DNA from: Pachysolen tannophilus NRRL Y-2460
Lineage: Eukaryota
NCBI GenBank assembly: GCA_001661245.1
Contig: KV454013.1
Location: 1,683,860-1,747,859, forward strand
Reading direction: 5' to 3'
Length of the DNA stretch: 64,000 nucleotides
A program made the translations under genes and the position numbers. Under the pieces are notes generated by a model that ran no database searches, was not told the origin of the DNA, and saw nothing but the letters and a program-made list of their open reading frames with translations. This document shows, one piece after another, positions 35,522 to 47,967 of the stretch (positions are counted from its first letter, which is position 1; each line of letters begins with the position of its first letter).

Positions 35522-37216
35522 TCAAGATTCCAAGATTTCATCTTCATCTTCATTAGCAGAGTTATCAGCAAATGCGTTTTCTGCTACTTTGTATAAAGTC
35601 ATCTTTGGAGAATTTGGATCTTTCAACACGAGGAACTTACCGTAATCATCCTGGCTATAATTGAGGATCATGTCTATAATTGATCTAACAATACCCCAAC
35701 CATTGTTTATTGACAAGTTCATTTGGAGAGCTAAATCGGTTGGTTTATATTGAGTAACACCTAAGACCGAATGTTTACTATTATCTTTAACATTTGCTCT
35801 AGCGACGAATCCAATTTTCATTGCATCGATACCTGCCAAGATAGATTCAATGGACCATTTTGATATCTTGTTGTTATTTTTTTTCATTTCAGCAGCCATA
35901 ATAGCACCTCTTTGTTGAGTTAATTTTTGTTTCCAATCTAATGAACCTGGTAAATATTGGTTCAAAGCATGAATTGATAAAAATTGTGGTGCATTTGTAC
36001 TTTCTTTTGTATAAGAATCTATTTCTGTTCTAATAACAATTGGATATGGTTCCTCTTCTGCATTTGCAGATGGTAAGACAAATTTTCTATAACGGTAACC
36101 TCTTTGTAAAAGTGGTTCATTTTCATCTACTTCATCATCATTTACAAATGGATTTTCTTTATGTTCAAATTTATATTTTGGAGCATTATTTTCTAAAATT
36201 GAAGCAGTAACAAAATTTTGATTAATATATGTTGCTTCTAATGATAAGTTATTAGCATTATTGATATCTGAATCATGACTATCAGAAGGAGCAGCATTTG
36301 AATTTTCATCAACAGAAATTCTATCTAATATGGAACCATCACGTTTATCAATGAAAATTTTGTCCTTATTTTTAACAATTACAATATCCCATGAATAAAC
36401 TGATCTTGAAGCACACATTAATTGAGAAATTACACTATCTGTAGAATAAATTGTCAATTCTGTTTGATTTTCAGAAAGTTGTTGTATAACAGGATCATCT
36501 GATGCAGTTGGATTATAGAAAACTCTATCCAATACTGGTAAACTATTTTGTGAACCATTTAATCTTTCAAATTTCTTATCATAAGGACAAGCAGAACCAT
36601 ATGTAACTACATCTTCACCTGAAACAACATCCAAATTTAACTTGGCCAATTTGTTAAATTCAATTTCAGAAATAACTTGCCAATCAGGTAAAACTTTAAC
36701 AGAAGATTCTCTTTTCCTATCATCATTTTTATTATTCCAATTATTATGATAAGGTTGACGACGACGATTAGCTGCAAACGCATTTGGCTTGTTGTTATTA
36801 GCATTGAAATGCATCTTCTTATTACCAGAAGAAGCTAATTTATTAGCTAAAGTATTTGGTCTTTGTTTATTTGAAGATCTTCCTCTTAAAACAGTTGTAG
36901 TCTTTGATGGTGCATTTTTATCAACAACTGAAAATTCTCCATCATCCTCAACCTCAGCAGCAAACGACGAAGCAGCAGAAACACCATAAGCATGGTATTG
37001 ATCCCTTTGCCCACGCTGGTGCATCTGTTTTGACTTTTCCTTCTCTCTAGATTGATCAGTATTCCAATCAGCTGCTTTACCTAATTTATCACCTTTACTA
37101 AAAGGCGCATATGGAATATCATTAAATCTCAACGACTCAGGAACCTCTTTAGGTGGTCCCCACGTTGATGTCGTTGAAGCTAACGAGTTAAACAAAAATG
37201 GTAATTCAGTCGACAT
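35522..37216 (-). CDS. Translation initiation factor eIF3 subunit d
   Basis: WGPP, DIPYAPFSKGDKLGKAADW, TASDDPVI, SRSVYSWDIVI, LSLEATYINQNF, DWKQKL..QRGA, NGWGIVR. Confidence 0.9.
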   Translation of the reverse strand: MSTELPFLFNSLASTTSTWGPPKEVPESLRFNDIPYAPFSKGDKLGKAADWNTDQSREKEKSKQMHQRGQRDQYHAYGVSAASSFAAEVEDDGEFSVVDKNAPSKTTTVLRGRSSNKQRPNTLANKLASSGNKKMHFNANNNKPNAFAANRRRQPYHNNWNNKNDDRKRESSVKVLPDWQVISEIEFNKLAKLNLDVVSGEDVVTYGSACPYDKKFERLNGSQNSLPVLDRVFYNPTASDDPVIQQLSENQTELTIYSTDSVISQLMCASRSVYSWDIVIVKNKDKIFIDKRDGSILDRISVDENSNAAPSDSHDSDINNANNLSLEATYINQNFVTASILENNAPKYKFEHKENPFVNDDEVDENEPLLQRGYRYRKFVLPSANAEEEPYPIVIRTEIDSYTKESTNAPQFLSIHALNQYLPGSLDWKQKLTQQRGAIMAAEMKKNNNKISKWSIESILAGIDAMKIGFVARANVKDNSKHSVLGVTQYKPTDLALQMNLSINNGWGIVRSIIDMILNYSQDDYGKFLVLKDPNSPKMTLYKVAENAFADNSANEDEDEILES

Positions 37217-37459
37217 AATCTATCTAGTTAAAGAAATGTTATCTCTTGATTCAAAGTAATAAATACTTTTATAATAATATATATCTATGGATTTTCTTTG
37301 AAAAAAATTTCAGTAAAAAAAAAAAACATGAAAAAAAAAAAAAAATTGTCAAAATAATATTAGTCGTTCTACAAGTATCAAAAGTACAAAAAAGGAAACA
37401 ATAATATACATGGTAATAATAATATACAGAAATACAAAAAGCAAAGTTTCACAAGTTTC

Positions 37460-40400
37460 TCAAGTCAGTGGATGAGTTTTGTTTGACAGAGTTGAAGTTG
37501 AAGGGAGGTTGAAAAGTCTGGGTATTTTGGAAGCTGGGCGAGTTAATGAAGGTGGTGATGGCTTCACCAAGTTGGTTCGTTCCAGCTCGAATGATAAGTA
37601 GTTTTCTTCATTAGAATCCACAAAAGTACTTGAACTGCTTCTAGTATTTGAATAATTTTGTTTATTTCTATTAATGATATCACGATTGGTATTGTTTTGT
37701 TCGATATCATGTTTATCTGAGGATCTGGTTTCGTGGCCAGCAAGATTGAGATTTGGTATTTCGTTTAAATAAAGCAGCATTCGTTGCCTTAGATCGGGGA
37801 TTGGAGAAACTTTTGGTGAATCAATGTTTTCAAAAAATTTTCTATTGTTGTTATTTTTAGTTTGAGTGTTCTGTTCCAGCTTGGTTTTAAAATCATCTTC
37901 CTGAGGTGGATAATTCACAGGCTGAAATCGTTGTTTCTTGGATGAAAATAAAGTTTTAAGTAATTGAGGGTCGGGTTTAGTATTATTAATAGGGGAAGAC
38001 GTTGAAGCCATATTAACAGAAATTATATTAGTATTCCCATATAACGTTTCTTCATGATTTGATTCAACTTCTTGTGATTTATCAGAATGATTATTTTGAG
38101 TTTGAAAACTCCTTGATCCCTTTCCAATTACGTCTTTATCAATTTTTGATAAAAATGATGGTTGTGGTGGTATTGATATGGGAATATCTTCACTCTTGGG
38201 ATTAAAATCATCAAATGTGTTATTCGTGCTAGAGTACAAATTTTCACCACCAATAACTTTGGCAAAATTATTGTTATTATCAATAGTTATCTTTTTAGCA
38301 GATGGAGTAGGTGATTTATTTTTAACACCATAAAATCTTTTCTTTAAAGCATCAATTTGACTTCTTTTATAACTTTGACTATCCACATTGATATTTGGAT
38401 TGATTCTAATACTCCTGGGAGTTCTCATTGAAGATCTTGGAGTTTTGAAAAAAGAAGGTCGTTCTGTGAATGAACTGTCCTTTGATGGTGATAAGAATTC
38501 TGTTGAACCATTACGTTGTTCATCGTTAAGCAATAATGGAGTTGAGGAGATCATTTGTGGCTGAAAATCCAATTTTCTTGAATTCTTTCTGTTTAAAGGA
38601 GAAGTATAGTTTTCATTGTCATTAAAAGAAATCTCGGTATTAATATTCTTGTCATGTTTTTCTAAGGTAAAATCTTTCCAAATAGTTAAAAAATTCTTCA
38701 AAATGGTTACTTCTAATTTTTTTTTGAATTCAAGTGACAAATTTTCATTATTCTTAATCTTCAAGTATTTTAATGATATTTTCTTGAAAAAAGAGTTCAA
38801 ACGATTCAAGTTTCCATAATAAATTCTTTCATTACAAAGTTGATTCAAATATTGAATCTCGTTGAACCTATCGATTAAAATATTTAAATAATTTGTGAGT
38901 AAAAGCTCTTCATTGAACTTTTTAGCTTTGACTTTGTTTTCTTCTATCTTCTTATATTTATTCAACCATTGATAAAAGACAGGAGTGACAAAATTCTCTT
39001 GAGATGATAATTCATAATTATGTTGCAATAATTGTTTTTTTTCAAACAATTCAATAGTTTTATCTTCCCATATTGTTAAAAAAGATTTTAAGATAATAAG
39101 TTTTCTTCTTTGTTCAAATTCACCGAGAGATTTAATTTCCAAATCTTTTAGATTTTCAGACCTTTTTATTTTTCTATTTGAATCTTTCTGAACCCATAAC
39201 TTGAATATATTGTATTTCAAATTTTCATTCCTGGAAAATTGAAATAAAGAAGACCTTGTTTCCAATTTCCAGAGTCTTAAAAAAAATGAAAGTAAACCAT
39301 AATTTCTTCTTTTCTCAAATCTTTTCAAATTTAGTTGAATTTGCAAAACTTTAAAATAGTGCTCCAATAACCTTTCTCTTGCAAAACAGTCTGCCATAAA
39401 CTTGTTTTCTTTGATAATAACCAAATTTAAAAAATAGCGTCTTAGTATCTTTTTATTTAAAGTAGAGGAAAACTTCTTCCGCAATTTTTGTTCCAGATAT
39501 CTTTGATTCCAGTATTGAAAAAACAGATTCTTGCGAATCAACTCAATTTTTCTAAAAGTCTCCGATTCAAGTTTTTTCAAATCCGACAGGGCCTTCCAGC
39601 GAGCGAAAAAAGTATGTTTCACCCTTTGTAAGTAGATCAGTTCACGATTTCTCAATATGAGTGTTCTCTCATCATATTTTAAAAGAAGTTTCTCAAAAAA
39701 TAACTTTTTTTTAGAGTTTTCCAAAATTTTGATTTTAGAATTCAAAGTTTGTACACTTTCAAATTTCAGTATGAACTTCTGGATATAGTTAATTTTTTGA
39801 AACTTACAAAATTTATCATATTGCAAATCTAATTCGCAATTATACTTATTGAACTTAGAAACCCATAAAACTAAGAATTTACTTTGAACAATTTCACTCG
39901 AAACAAGGTCAAGACTTTGATATATCCTGAAATGATTCAGCCATTTCTCATAAAATAATTTCGAGTCATATAATGTTTTATAATTATCTGCTTGTGATTC
40001 TAGAAATTTTAATTTTGACAATTTTTTATTCCACAAATTAAAAATTTTTCTTGTTAAGATGACTTTATTGTACAAAGCCAAAAATTCCTTTTCTTCTTCT
40101 TTCAAACCTAAAGCATCGAACCATATCTTCAAGAATTTCCTTTTTAATTTTTTGTCTTTGGTGTATTTGAATAAAGCTTCTCTATGCACTGTAGTGGTTT
40201 GGATGATCTTAGGATCTTTATTAAAAATAGGTTCTCCCACCATCACTTTGCACAAGTTATGTAATTCTAAGTCCCAGCATTTATGTGTTATAGTTTCATT
40301 TTCATATTTTAAAACATTTTTTTTAACATTATTATAATATACATCATTGATTAGGGTATTAATATTGCCATCATGCAATAATATATCAACATAACATTTG

Positions 40401-41683
40401 AAGATTTCTGGAAATTTAAATTCATAATAATCTGGATCCACTATATTTGAGGTATCATCATAAAGGGGTCTTTCATGTAATTCGTAATTTTTAAATGCAT
40501 TTACTATTTTTTTCAACAAGGTTAACAATTTTTCTATTTCTTTTAAAGAATCTATATTTTTAACAAGATGTGGGCGATATTCATTTTCTTCATAATCTCT
40601 TTTTATGATTTTAGAATTTTTGATTAATTTTGAGGTGTGTATTTGATCTTTTATGGGATGAGGGACTGATTTGGAGGTTTTCTTAGTTTTCTTGTATTCC
40701 TCAAGCATAATCTCTAATTCATTGAAAATAGGGTTTTTATTAAAATATGTTTTAATTGTTTTACCCAACTGAGATGAATTTTCATCAACAAATACACATG
40801 TAATATTTATTATAGAATTGTTAAAGTTCAACATTAAATCATTATTGAAAAAATAACGGATACGAATGAAAACTTTGTACATTTGAAGTGTAATATTTGA
40901 AATTTTCCATATTTTATCTTTGAGTATAGCGTTATCATCTTCATTTGTAGATTCAGTGAGGACTCGCAATAACATATTTTCATAGCATCTTTGGAAAAAA
41001 GGATCATTTGACTGAAGATTTAAAGGCTCCAATTGATTGTTTTCAATACTAAATTCTGTTGTCGGATCATGATTAGTTGTATTACTATCTGTTAAAAATT
41101 TATCAAATATTTTCTTGATCTTCAAATTGTAATTATATTCGTATATGAATGAATCAAATATTAGTTTAACAAGCTCAGATTCGACAGAATTACAATCTTT
41201 CTCAAGAAGTGATATAAATTTTCCAATCTCTTCAAGCAATATTATCAGGAAACAGTCATTAACGTTTTTTGATGAGTTTTTTTTCAAATTCTCATTACAA
41301 CAATTTTTCAATTTATCAAAATTTAATTGATTTACTGAATTTTTCGAATTAGCATTTAGTGAAACTTTTTTCATTGCATCTGAAATTGTCATTACTGGTT
41401 CCTGATCATTCTTATTCAAAGTATATTTAAAAATTCTCCTATTTGAAATTTGTTTATTATTAATAATTAATTCTCCAATTGAAATATCATCTAGTATTGG
41501 CGGTACATTTAAAAATTGTTTCCAGTTAGCCCTTATTACTGATAACCTATGATTGATGATTGCATAAACCTCTGTTTCCGTATAATTTGAATAATCAACA
41601 TACAAGTTTATAATAGACGCTACTAACTGGTTCAAAGACAGCTCTGTATGTTTTGCTTGTCCTGTTGGCAGTTTGTCGTCCAT
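37460..41683 (-). CDS. SFI1: Sfi1-like spindle pole body half-bridge protein (1407 aa)
   Basis: Many periodic L...F..W centrin-binding-like repeats (KIFNLW, LFYEKW, TFFARW, LFFQYW, SFLTIW) followed by an S/T-P-rich tail. Confidence 0.7.
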   Translation of the reverse strand: MDDKLPTGQAKHTELSLNQLVASIINLYVDYSNYTETEVYAIINHRLSVIRANWKQFLNVPPILDDISIGELIINNKQISNRRIFKYTLNKNDQEPVMTISDAMKKVSLNANSKNSVNQLNFDKLKNCCNENLKKNSSKNVNDCFLIILLEEIGKFISLLEKDCNSVESELVKLIFDSFIYEYNYNLKIKKIFDKFLTDSNTTNHDPTTEFSIENNQLEPLNLQSNDPFFQRCYENMLLRVLTESTNEDDNAILKDKIWKISNITLQMYKVFIRIRYFFNNDLMLNFNNSIINITCVFVDENSSQLGKTIKTYFNKNPIFNELEIMLEEYKKTKKTSKSVPHPIKDQIHTSKLIKNSKIIKRDYEENEYRPHLVKNIDSLKEIEKLLTLLKKIVNAFKNYELHERPLYDDTSNIVDPDYYEFKFPEIFKCYVDILLHDGNINTLINDVYYNNVKKNVLKYENETITHKCWDLELHNLCKVMVGEPIFNKDPKIIQTTTVHREALFKYTKDKKLKRKFLKIWFDALGLKEEEKEFLALYNKVILTRKIFNLWNKKLSKLKFLESQADNYKTLYDSKLFYEKWLNHFRIYQSLDLVSSEIVQSKFLVLWVSKFNKYNCELDLQYDKFCKFQKINYIQKFILKFESVQTLNSKIKILENSKKKLFFEKLLLKYDERTLILRNRELIYLQRVKHTFFARWKALSDLKKLESETFRKIELIRKNLFFQYWNQRYLEQKLRKKFSSTLNKKILRRYFLNLVIIKENKFMADCFARERLLEHYFKVLQIQLNLKRFEKRRNYGLLSFFLRLWKLETRSSLFQFSRNENLKYNIFKLWVQKDSNRKIKRSENLKDLEIKSLGEFEQRRKLIILKSFLTIWEDKTIELFEKKQLLQHNYELSSQENFVTPVFYQWLNKYKKIEENKVKAKKFNEELLLTNYLNILIDRFNEIQYLNQLCNERIYYGNLNRLNSFFKKISLKYLKIKNNENLSLEFKKKLEVTILKNFLTIWKDFTLEKHDKNINTEISFNDNENYTSPLNRKNSRKLDFQPQMISSTPLLLNDEQRNGSTEFLSPSKDSSFTERPSFFKTPRSSMRTPRSIRINPNINVDSQSYKRSQIDALKKRFYGVKNKSPTPSAKKITIDNNNNFAKVIGGENLYSSTNNTFDDFNPKSEDIPISIPPQPSFLSKIDKDVIGKGSRSFQTQNNHSDKSQEVESNHEETLYGNTNIISVNMASTSSPINNTKPDPQLLKTLFSSKKQRFQPVNYPPQEDDFKTKLEQNTQTKNNNNRKFFENIDSPKVSPIPDLRQRMLLYLNEIPNLNLAGHETRSSDKHDIEQNNTNRDIINRNKQNYSNTRSSSSTFVDSNEENYLSFELERTNLVKPSPPSLTRPASKIPRLFNLPSTSTLSNKTHPLT

Positions 41684-42912
41684 TTCTTTTCATATAGATA
41701 AACATATATACATATATATATACATATATTGTTTAAATAAATAAAAAAAATAAAAAAAAACAAAAATATAGTGGGCGCTTTATAAAAATAATCCAGTCTC
41801 AATCACTTTCACACTAACGCTCTGACTCTCATTTACTGTATTCTAATGTTGTTTTCAACTTTATTACTTCTTTAACATTTAAAACACATAAATTCATTAA
41901 ATCAAAACTAAAATTATTATATAGAGATAAAAACTCAAACAAACGCGTACAAGACTTTGTGATCTTCCTAATTGGGAAGAACTGTGTTTCAGACACACGA
42001 CCACGACCACATAAAATGAAGTTAATAGAAAGATAGAAAAATATATTTAATAACAAAGGATATTAGAGTTGATTATGGTTCAAGTAAATGCTGATAGATG
42101 GACAATGTAAGATATAAGTATACCCGTATCTTTCTTTTCGTTATTGAGAATAAGATTAAAACAGGATAAGGGAAAAAAAAAGGCAGTTGTATATTTGAGG
42201 AAATGGAAGTACGGTGCAAGTTTTAAAAGTAGAAGAGCATGATTTACATAGTTAACTATTGCAAAAAGATATTGCTCTGCTTACTGGTTTCAACCACAAA
42301 TTCCCAGAATTAGCATATAGTAAAACTAAGGCTACAATTTTCTAGAGTCCAAATACGAAAAAAAAAAAAAAAAAAAAAAGAATAAAACTAAAAAAATAAA
42401 ATAAAAGGCAGTAAGTACAAGTATAATACGTACGTAACCGCCAATACCAAATTTAATATAATGATACGATATGACCCTCCCTGCTTCAATTCCTTCACGT
42501 AGAAACGTAGAAAGGGTCAGAACATCTCATTTATAGCGACTGTAAAAATTAATTGTGTAACAAGAAAAGTTTTGCGCCAATCGCCATTACCCACTCAAAC
42601 CCATTTTCCTTCCCATAAGGAAAAGAAAATTTTTCTTCATATAGAAATTCCTTCCAAATCTAATCTTGTCTCAAGCCTGTGAAGGCGAAACAAAACCAGC
42701 TTGAAATACGGAATAAAAAAAAGAAGAAGGGAAAAGTCATAATATGGAGTACGCGAGATTTCATCATGTAAATAAAACTTGGAAGGTCATATAAGGAGAA
42801 AAAAAAAAAAAAAAAAAAAGAAAAAAGAAAAAGACTTAAATGAGTTATTGATGCTTCTTCTTTCTTGTATTTATACTTTTTTACGAAAAATACCCAAAAA
42901 AAAAAAACAAAA

Positions 42913-42924
42913 AAAATTTTTTCA
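42913..42924 (-). promoter_or_regulatory. RRPE-like element (TGAAAAAATTTT) upstream of NOC4
   Basis: Matches the ribosome-biogenesis motif, but the local DNA is very A/T-rich. Confidence 0.4.
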
Positions 42925-43123
42925 AGAAGGATTATTGACACGGTGCAGAGAGGTTGCAGTCTGTCATCAAATTTTTTTTCTTTTCTGTATGGATAAATTT
43001 TGCAAAGGTGAAGAAGAACAAGAAGAACAAGAAGAAGAAGTGATAGGTTTAAATTAGATTAGTTTTTAGTAAAAGTTGGTATTTTTTTCCAGTGAATTTG
43101 AGGAGTTGAATTTGTGGTCTAGT

Positions 43124-44883
43124 ATGGTTGTGAAGAGGAAAAGTTCAAGTAAGGATAAGGTCTTGCTGAAGAAAGTTAAAGCAGATTCAAAGTTTGATGG
43201 ATTATTTTCTATTGAAAAAATTAAAGAACTTTGCGATGAGTTGGATGAGTCTGCGAAATTTTTGAATAATATTGCGTTGTTATTGCAGCAATATGATTTA
43301 GTATTGCCGCAGTTGTCTGGGGCTCTGGGGAAAGAGTTGGAAGATTTTATTGTGTTGTTGAGGTTTTTAACTGTTAGTATACTTCATGTTTTTGAGAAAT
43401 TAATGGTTAAAGAATTTTTCGTTATTAGCAAAGGAATAGATGAATCCAAGCTTAAAGTTGCCAAATGGCTAAGGTTAAAATATCAATTTTTTTGTTACGA
43501 TATCTTGTTGGAATTTTTTTCTTTGGATATTGAGGAACAAGATAATGATTTATTAAATTCATTTAAGATTGATGTATTAGAAATTGTAATGAGATTAATA
43601 AAACTTGAATCTACATATTTTGCACCAAATCCAAATGAACCATATTTTAGTTTGCCCCTTTATAAGAAGTTAATAATCAAGTTGTTGACTAGTGGGAGTC
43701 ATGAAGGAATTCAACAAAATGGTGTTAATGATAATTATTTGGTTTTAGAATTTTATGAACAATTTTTCCAAAAAAATTGGGATTTAAAATTTTTTTTCTT
43801 AAGTGAGACTTGTAATATATTATTTAAAGAAGAAGAAGAAAAAGAAGAAAAAGAAGAAAAGAAAAAAGTGAAAGATTTACAATTGATTTTTTCAAATTTT
43901 CTTGTAATTATGAGAAATTCGATATATAAAGATTATGAAATTGATTCTAAACAATTTTTTGTTACAAATCCTCCATCAGTAATTTTTAAAAAAAATCAAT
44001 TTAAAATTAATTTTGAAAAAACTTGGTTAAATTTTTTAAATTTCCCATTAACAATTCAACAATATAAACAAACTTTATTAATTCTTCATAAACGTATAAT
44101 TTTATTTTTCAATAATCCAACAAAATTAATGGATTTTGTTACAGAATCTTATGAAATAGGATTTTCTAACATTATACAAAGAGATGAAGATGATGATGAA
44201 GATCATGAAGATTCAATAATAATATCGATCTTGGCTTTGAATGGGTTATATGAATTGATGAAGAATTATAATTTGGAATATCCTCAATTTTATGAAAAAT
44301 TATACAAGATATTATCAAATAAAAATTTATTACATTTAAATTATAAATCAAGATTTTTCAGAATGTTAGATTTATTTTTATCATCTACACATTTACCAGC
44401 TCAATTAGTTGCTTCTTTTATTAAAAAATTATCCAAATTATCATTAACTTCACCACCTTCTGGTATTGTTATAGTTATACCATTTCTTTATAACTTGTTG
44501 AAAAAACATCCATCATGTATGATAATGTTACATAATACAAATCATGATGAATCTTATAAAGATCCTTTTATAGATACAGAAGAAGATCCTTTAAAAACTA
44601 ATGCAATTGGATCTTCCTTATGGGAATTACAAACATTAATGTCACATTATCATCCAAATGTGTTATCATTACTGAAAATTTTTGGACAACCTTTTAATAA
44701 GTATTCTTATAATTTAGAAGATTTTCTCGATTGGAGTTACAATAATTTATTAGAAAGTGAATTACACAAGAAATTTAAAGGTGACATTTCATTAGAATTT
44801 GAAAAATTCGATAAATTACTCGAAAAAGGTAAAAATGATCATGAAAAGTCGGAGATAAGCTATATGACCGGTTGGCAATGGTA

Positions 44884-44884
<1 letters not shown>
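43124..44884 (+). CDS. NOC4: Nucleolar complex protein 4 (CBF/Mak21 domain)
   Basis: LALNGL, NLEYPQFY, RFFRMLDLFLSSTHLP, SSLWEL, HYHPNV. First ATG is at 43124. Confidence 0.93.
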
Positions 44885-44922
<38 letters not shown>

Positions 44923-45696
44923 TTCGTACTATATTTTTTTTCTTTTTAATAGACATAGCTGAAAAAAATTAAAATAACCAACCATCTTTACTTTTCATTA
45001 ATTTTTAAATTTATTCAAAAAAAGAAAAAAAAATCTCAAAATAAACTATTCTTCTTAGTTTTATGGCCATCTCATTAGCTTAATTTTTTTTTTTCCTTTT
45101 TGACCTTACCATAATATCTTAAAATCAAAGAAAAAAAATATATATATATTACTAATTTTGAAGTATTATTCATTCCTATCAATTCTTAATAGGCATTAGA
45201 TAAAAAGAGGAACCGCGCAATCTTACCGCTAGCGGAATTTGTTTATCAATTCTCCAAAAAATTGCTGCATTCTGCATGTAAGCGAATCACATAAGAGATT
45301 GAGAAAAGGGTCGGCGGCAATGTTTCAGAAACAGTATAAAAGCTGCATCATTTGATTGTAATGCATTAATTCTTGGTGACCCTTTGAAATTTTCTTTGGT
45401 GAACAAATATTTTTCAAGTATAAACTAAATAGATAGAGATAGAGATCACTGATAAAAAAAAAAAAAAAAAACAAGAAAAAGAAAAAGTTCAACTTGAACT
45501 AAAATGAAAATGCAGTGTATTGTCATAACCTCATCTGTTCGAGGTTATATTTAAACCTCTTAGTATCTATCTTTTTTTTTTTTTCATTCGTTGTAGTAAA
45601 AAATCTCTTGGTCGAATAAATTTCAGAAATTTAAGATTACTTGGTGATTTACTTGCACAGACTTTAAATAAAATTTGTATTTTAGTTTCTTCCAAT

Positions 45697-47513
45697 ATGG
45701 AGAGTAAAAAATCTACTAGATCTGTTGCTCCAGTAAAGTCGACAACGATTTTAGATGTTGACGATTTAAGGGTCACTTCTGTTCTATCAAATGGTCATAG
45801 TCACAGAAAAATTGTGGTTGATCATGAAGTTGATAGAGATGAGGCTATTATCTTGGCATTAGGTTATAAGCAAGAGTTTAAAAGAGAATTTTCGTTGATG
45901 ACAACTTTTGCAGTTTCTTTTTCAGTTTTAGGTTTATTACCTTCTATAGCCAGTACCATGTGGTATTCGTTGGGTTATGCTGGAAATGCAGGTTTAACTT
46001 GGGGATGGTTGGTTGCTATGATCGGTATTCAATGTGTTGCAAATAGTTTAGCTGAAGTTTCTTCAGCATTTCCAACTTCGGGTGGATTATATTATGCAAC
46101 AGCTCAACTTGCACCTCCAAAATGGGCTCCTTTCTTATCCTGGTGTGTTGGTTGGTCTAACTGGTTAGTTCAAATTACAGGGGCACCTTCGGTTGATTAT
46201 GGAGGAGCATGTATGATTCTTGCTTTAAAAAGTTTTAGTGATCCAAGCTTTAGTGCAACAAATGGTCAAACATATTTGCTAACAATGGCATTAACTACAA
46301 GTAATGCATTCTTATCATCTATGCCAACAGCATGGTTAGCTAAATTTAATACCGTTGGAAGTATTTTTAATTCCGTGTTTTTAATTATAATATTCTTGAT
46401 GATTTTAGGAGGTGATAATAGAGTAAGTCAGGGATATTCAAAATTTAATGACAACTCTTATGCTTGGGGTATAACTAACTCAACAGAATGGCCAGATGGA
46501 GTCAGTGTTATAATGAGTTTCTTGGCTGTTATTTGGACAATGTCTGGATATGATTCACCTTTTCATTTAGCTGAAGAATGTTCTAATGCTCAACTCGTAA
46601 GTTTTTCTTTCTTTCATTCATATTGATTTTTAATTTTATGATCAAAATTACTAACTTTTAACTTTATTTATAGCTGACACCACGACTGATTGTTATGACT
46701 TCTAGTATTGGTGGAATAATGGGATTTGTATTACAATTGGCAATTGCATACACGATTGTTGATGTTGATGCAGCTGTTAACGATGAATTGGGTCAACCTT
46801 TTGTCTCATACTTGGCTCAATGTCTTTCAACAAAGATGGTCTATGCTGCTACATCATTTACCATTATAAGTAGTTATTTTATGGGACAGCTGTGTCAGAT
46901 TGCTCTGTCTCGTGTTACTTATGCATACTCAAGGGATGGATGTTTCCCCTTTTCAAAATATTTGAAAAGAACAAGTAGTTGGGATATCCCACTTAATGCT
47001 GTCTGGGCTAATTGGTTTATAGGTCAATTATTATTATTATTAATCTTTGCAGGAGGTACTGCAATTGATGCAATTTTCTCTGTTGGGGCAATTGCAAGTT
47101 TCATTTCATTTACTACTCCAGTCTTGTTAAAAATCACTTATTCACGCAAAACTTTTAGACCAGGTCCATGGAATTTAGGAGTTTTCTCAATTCCATGTGG
47201 TATAATTGCTTGTTCATTTGTTATTATGATGATTCCCTTCTTACTATTCCCAGAATACAGAGGTGCAGATAATGTTCCAGACTCAATGAACTGGACAGTT
47301 GTTGTCTATTTTGGTCCAATGCTCATGGCAATCGCTTGGTTTGGTATATCTGCAAGAAAATGGTTCACCGGTCCAAAGACTAACTTGTCCAATGATATGG
47401 TTATTGATAATGACGAGTCTTTGGAAGTAATCGAAGCTAAATTCAGTGCTGACAATGAAAAGATAAACTACGGCCCAGTATCGTCTACTCTAGTAAAAGA
47501 TCCAGAAATCTAA
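45697..47513 (+). CDS. APC-family amino acid/GABA/polyamine permease; exons 45697-46596 and 46674-47513
   Basis: LGYKQEFKREFS, PTSGGLYY, GYDSPFHLAEEC. The intron GTAAGT(46597)...TACTAAC(46649)...TAG(46673) joins the two track ORFs in frame. Confidence 0.92.
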
Positions 47514-47931
47514 AAGTTTTCTAAAAATTGTTTTAGCTGAAATCAAATCTTACTCTTACTGTCGATGCTCATTTGGTCTGGTACCTGCGGCTCAAATATC
47601 ACTTCTGTTTTTTCTTATTTTTTTTTTTTTTTGCAAGCTCTGTTTTCTTGAAAGATAGTAATATTTTTCCTTTTATCACTTTCATTTGTATTTAGTGTCT
47701 TAATATTAATATTTCTATTTATTCTTAATCGTTTAATCTTATTTTAACAAGCAGTATATAACTTAAACGTCATCTACAATCTAGTTTACTTGGTTGTACA
47801 AGCTTATCTTTGAAACTGTATCTAACTGTGAATTACCTTATTCGGAAGTGTTCCAAGTGCCTATTTTTCTGTGAGCAAAAGTAACCCAAAATTCAAACGT
47901 TTAACCGCTGATTAAATTATTATATATTTTT

Positions 47932-47967
<36 letters not shown>

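Noticed and set aside
41829..43057. Short F/K-rich ORFs of 60-100 aa here and in other intergenic or antisense positions
   Set aside because: They derive from homopolymer tracts or lie antisense to real genes, often start at non-ATG codons, and show no motifs.
44886..44916. (TA)n and poly-A/T tracts here and in most intergenic regions
   Set aside because: Ordinary yeast 3'-end and nucleosome-depletion signals or microsatellites.
45697..47513. Permease apparently broken into two ORFs (pseudogene or frameshift)
   Set aside because: Fully explained by a canonical 77-nt intron.
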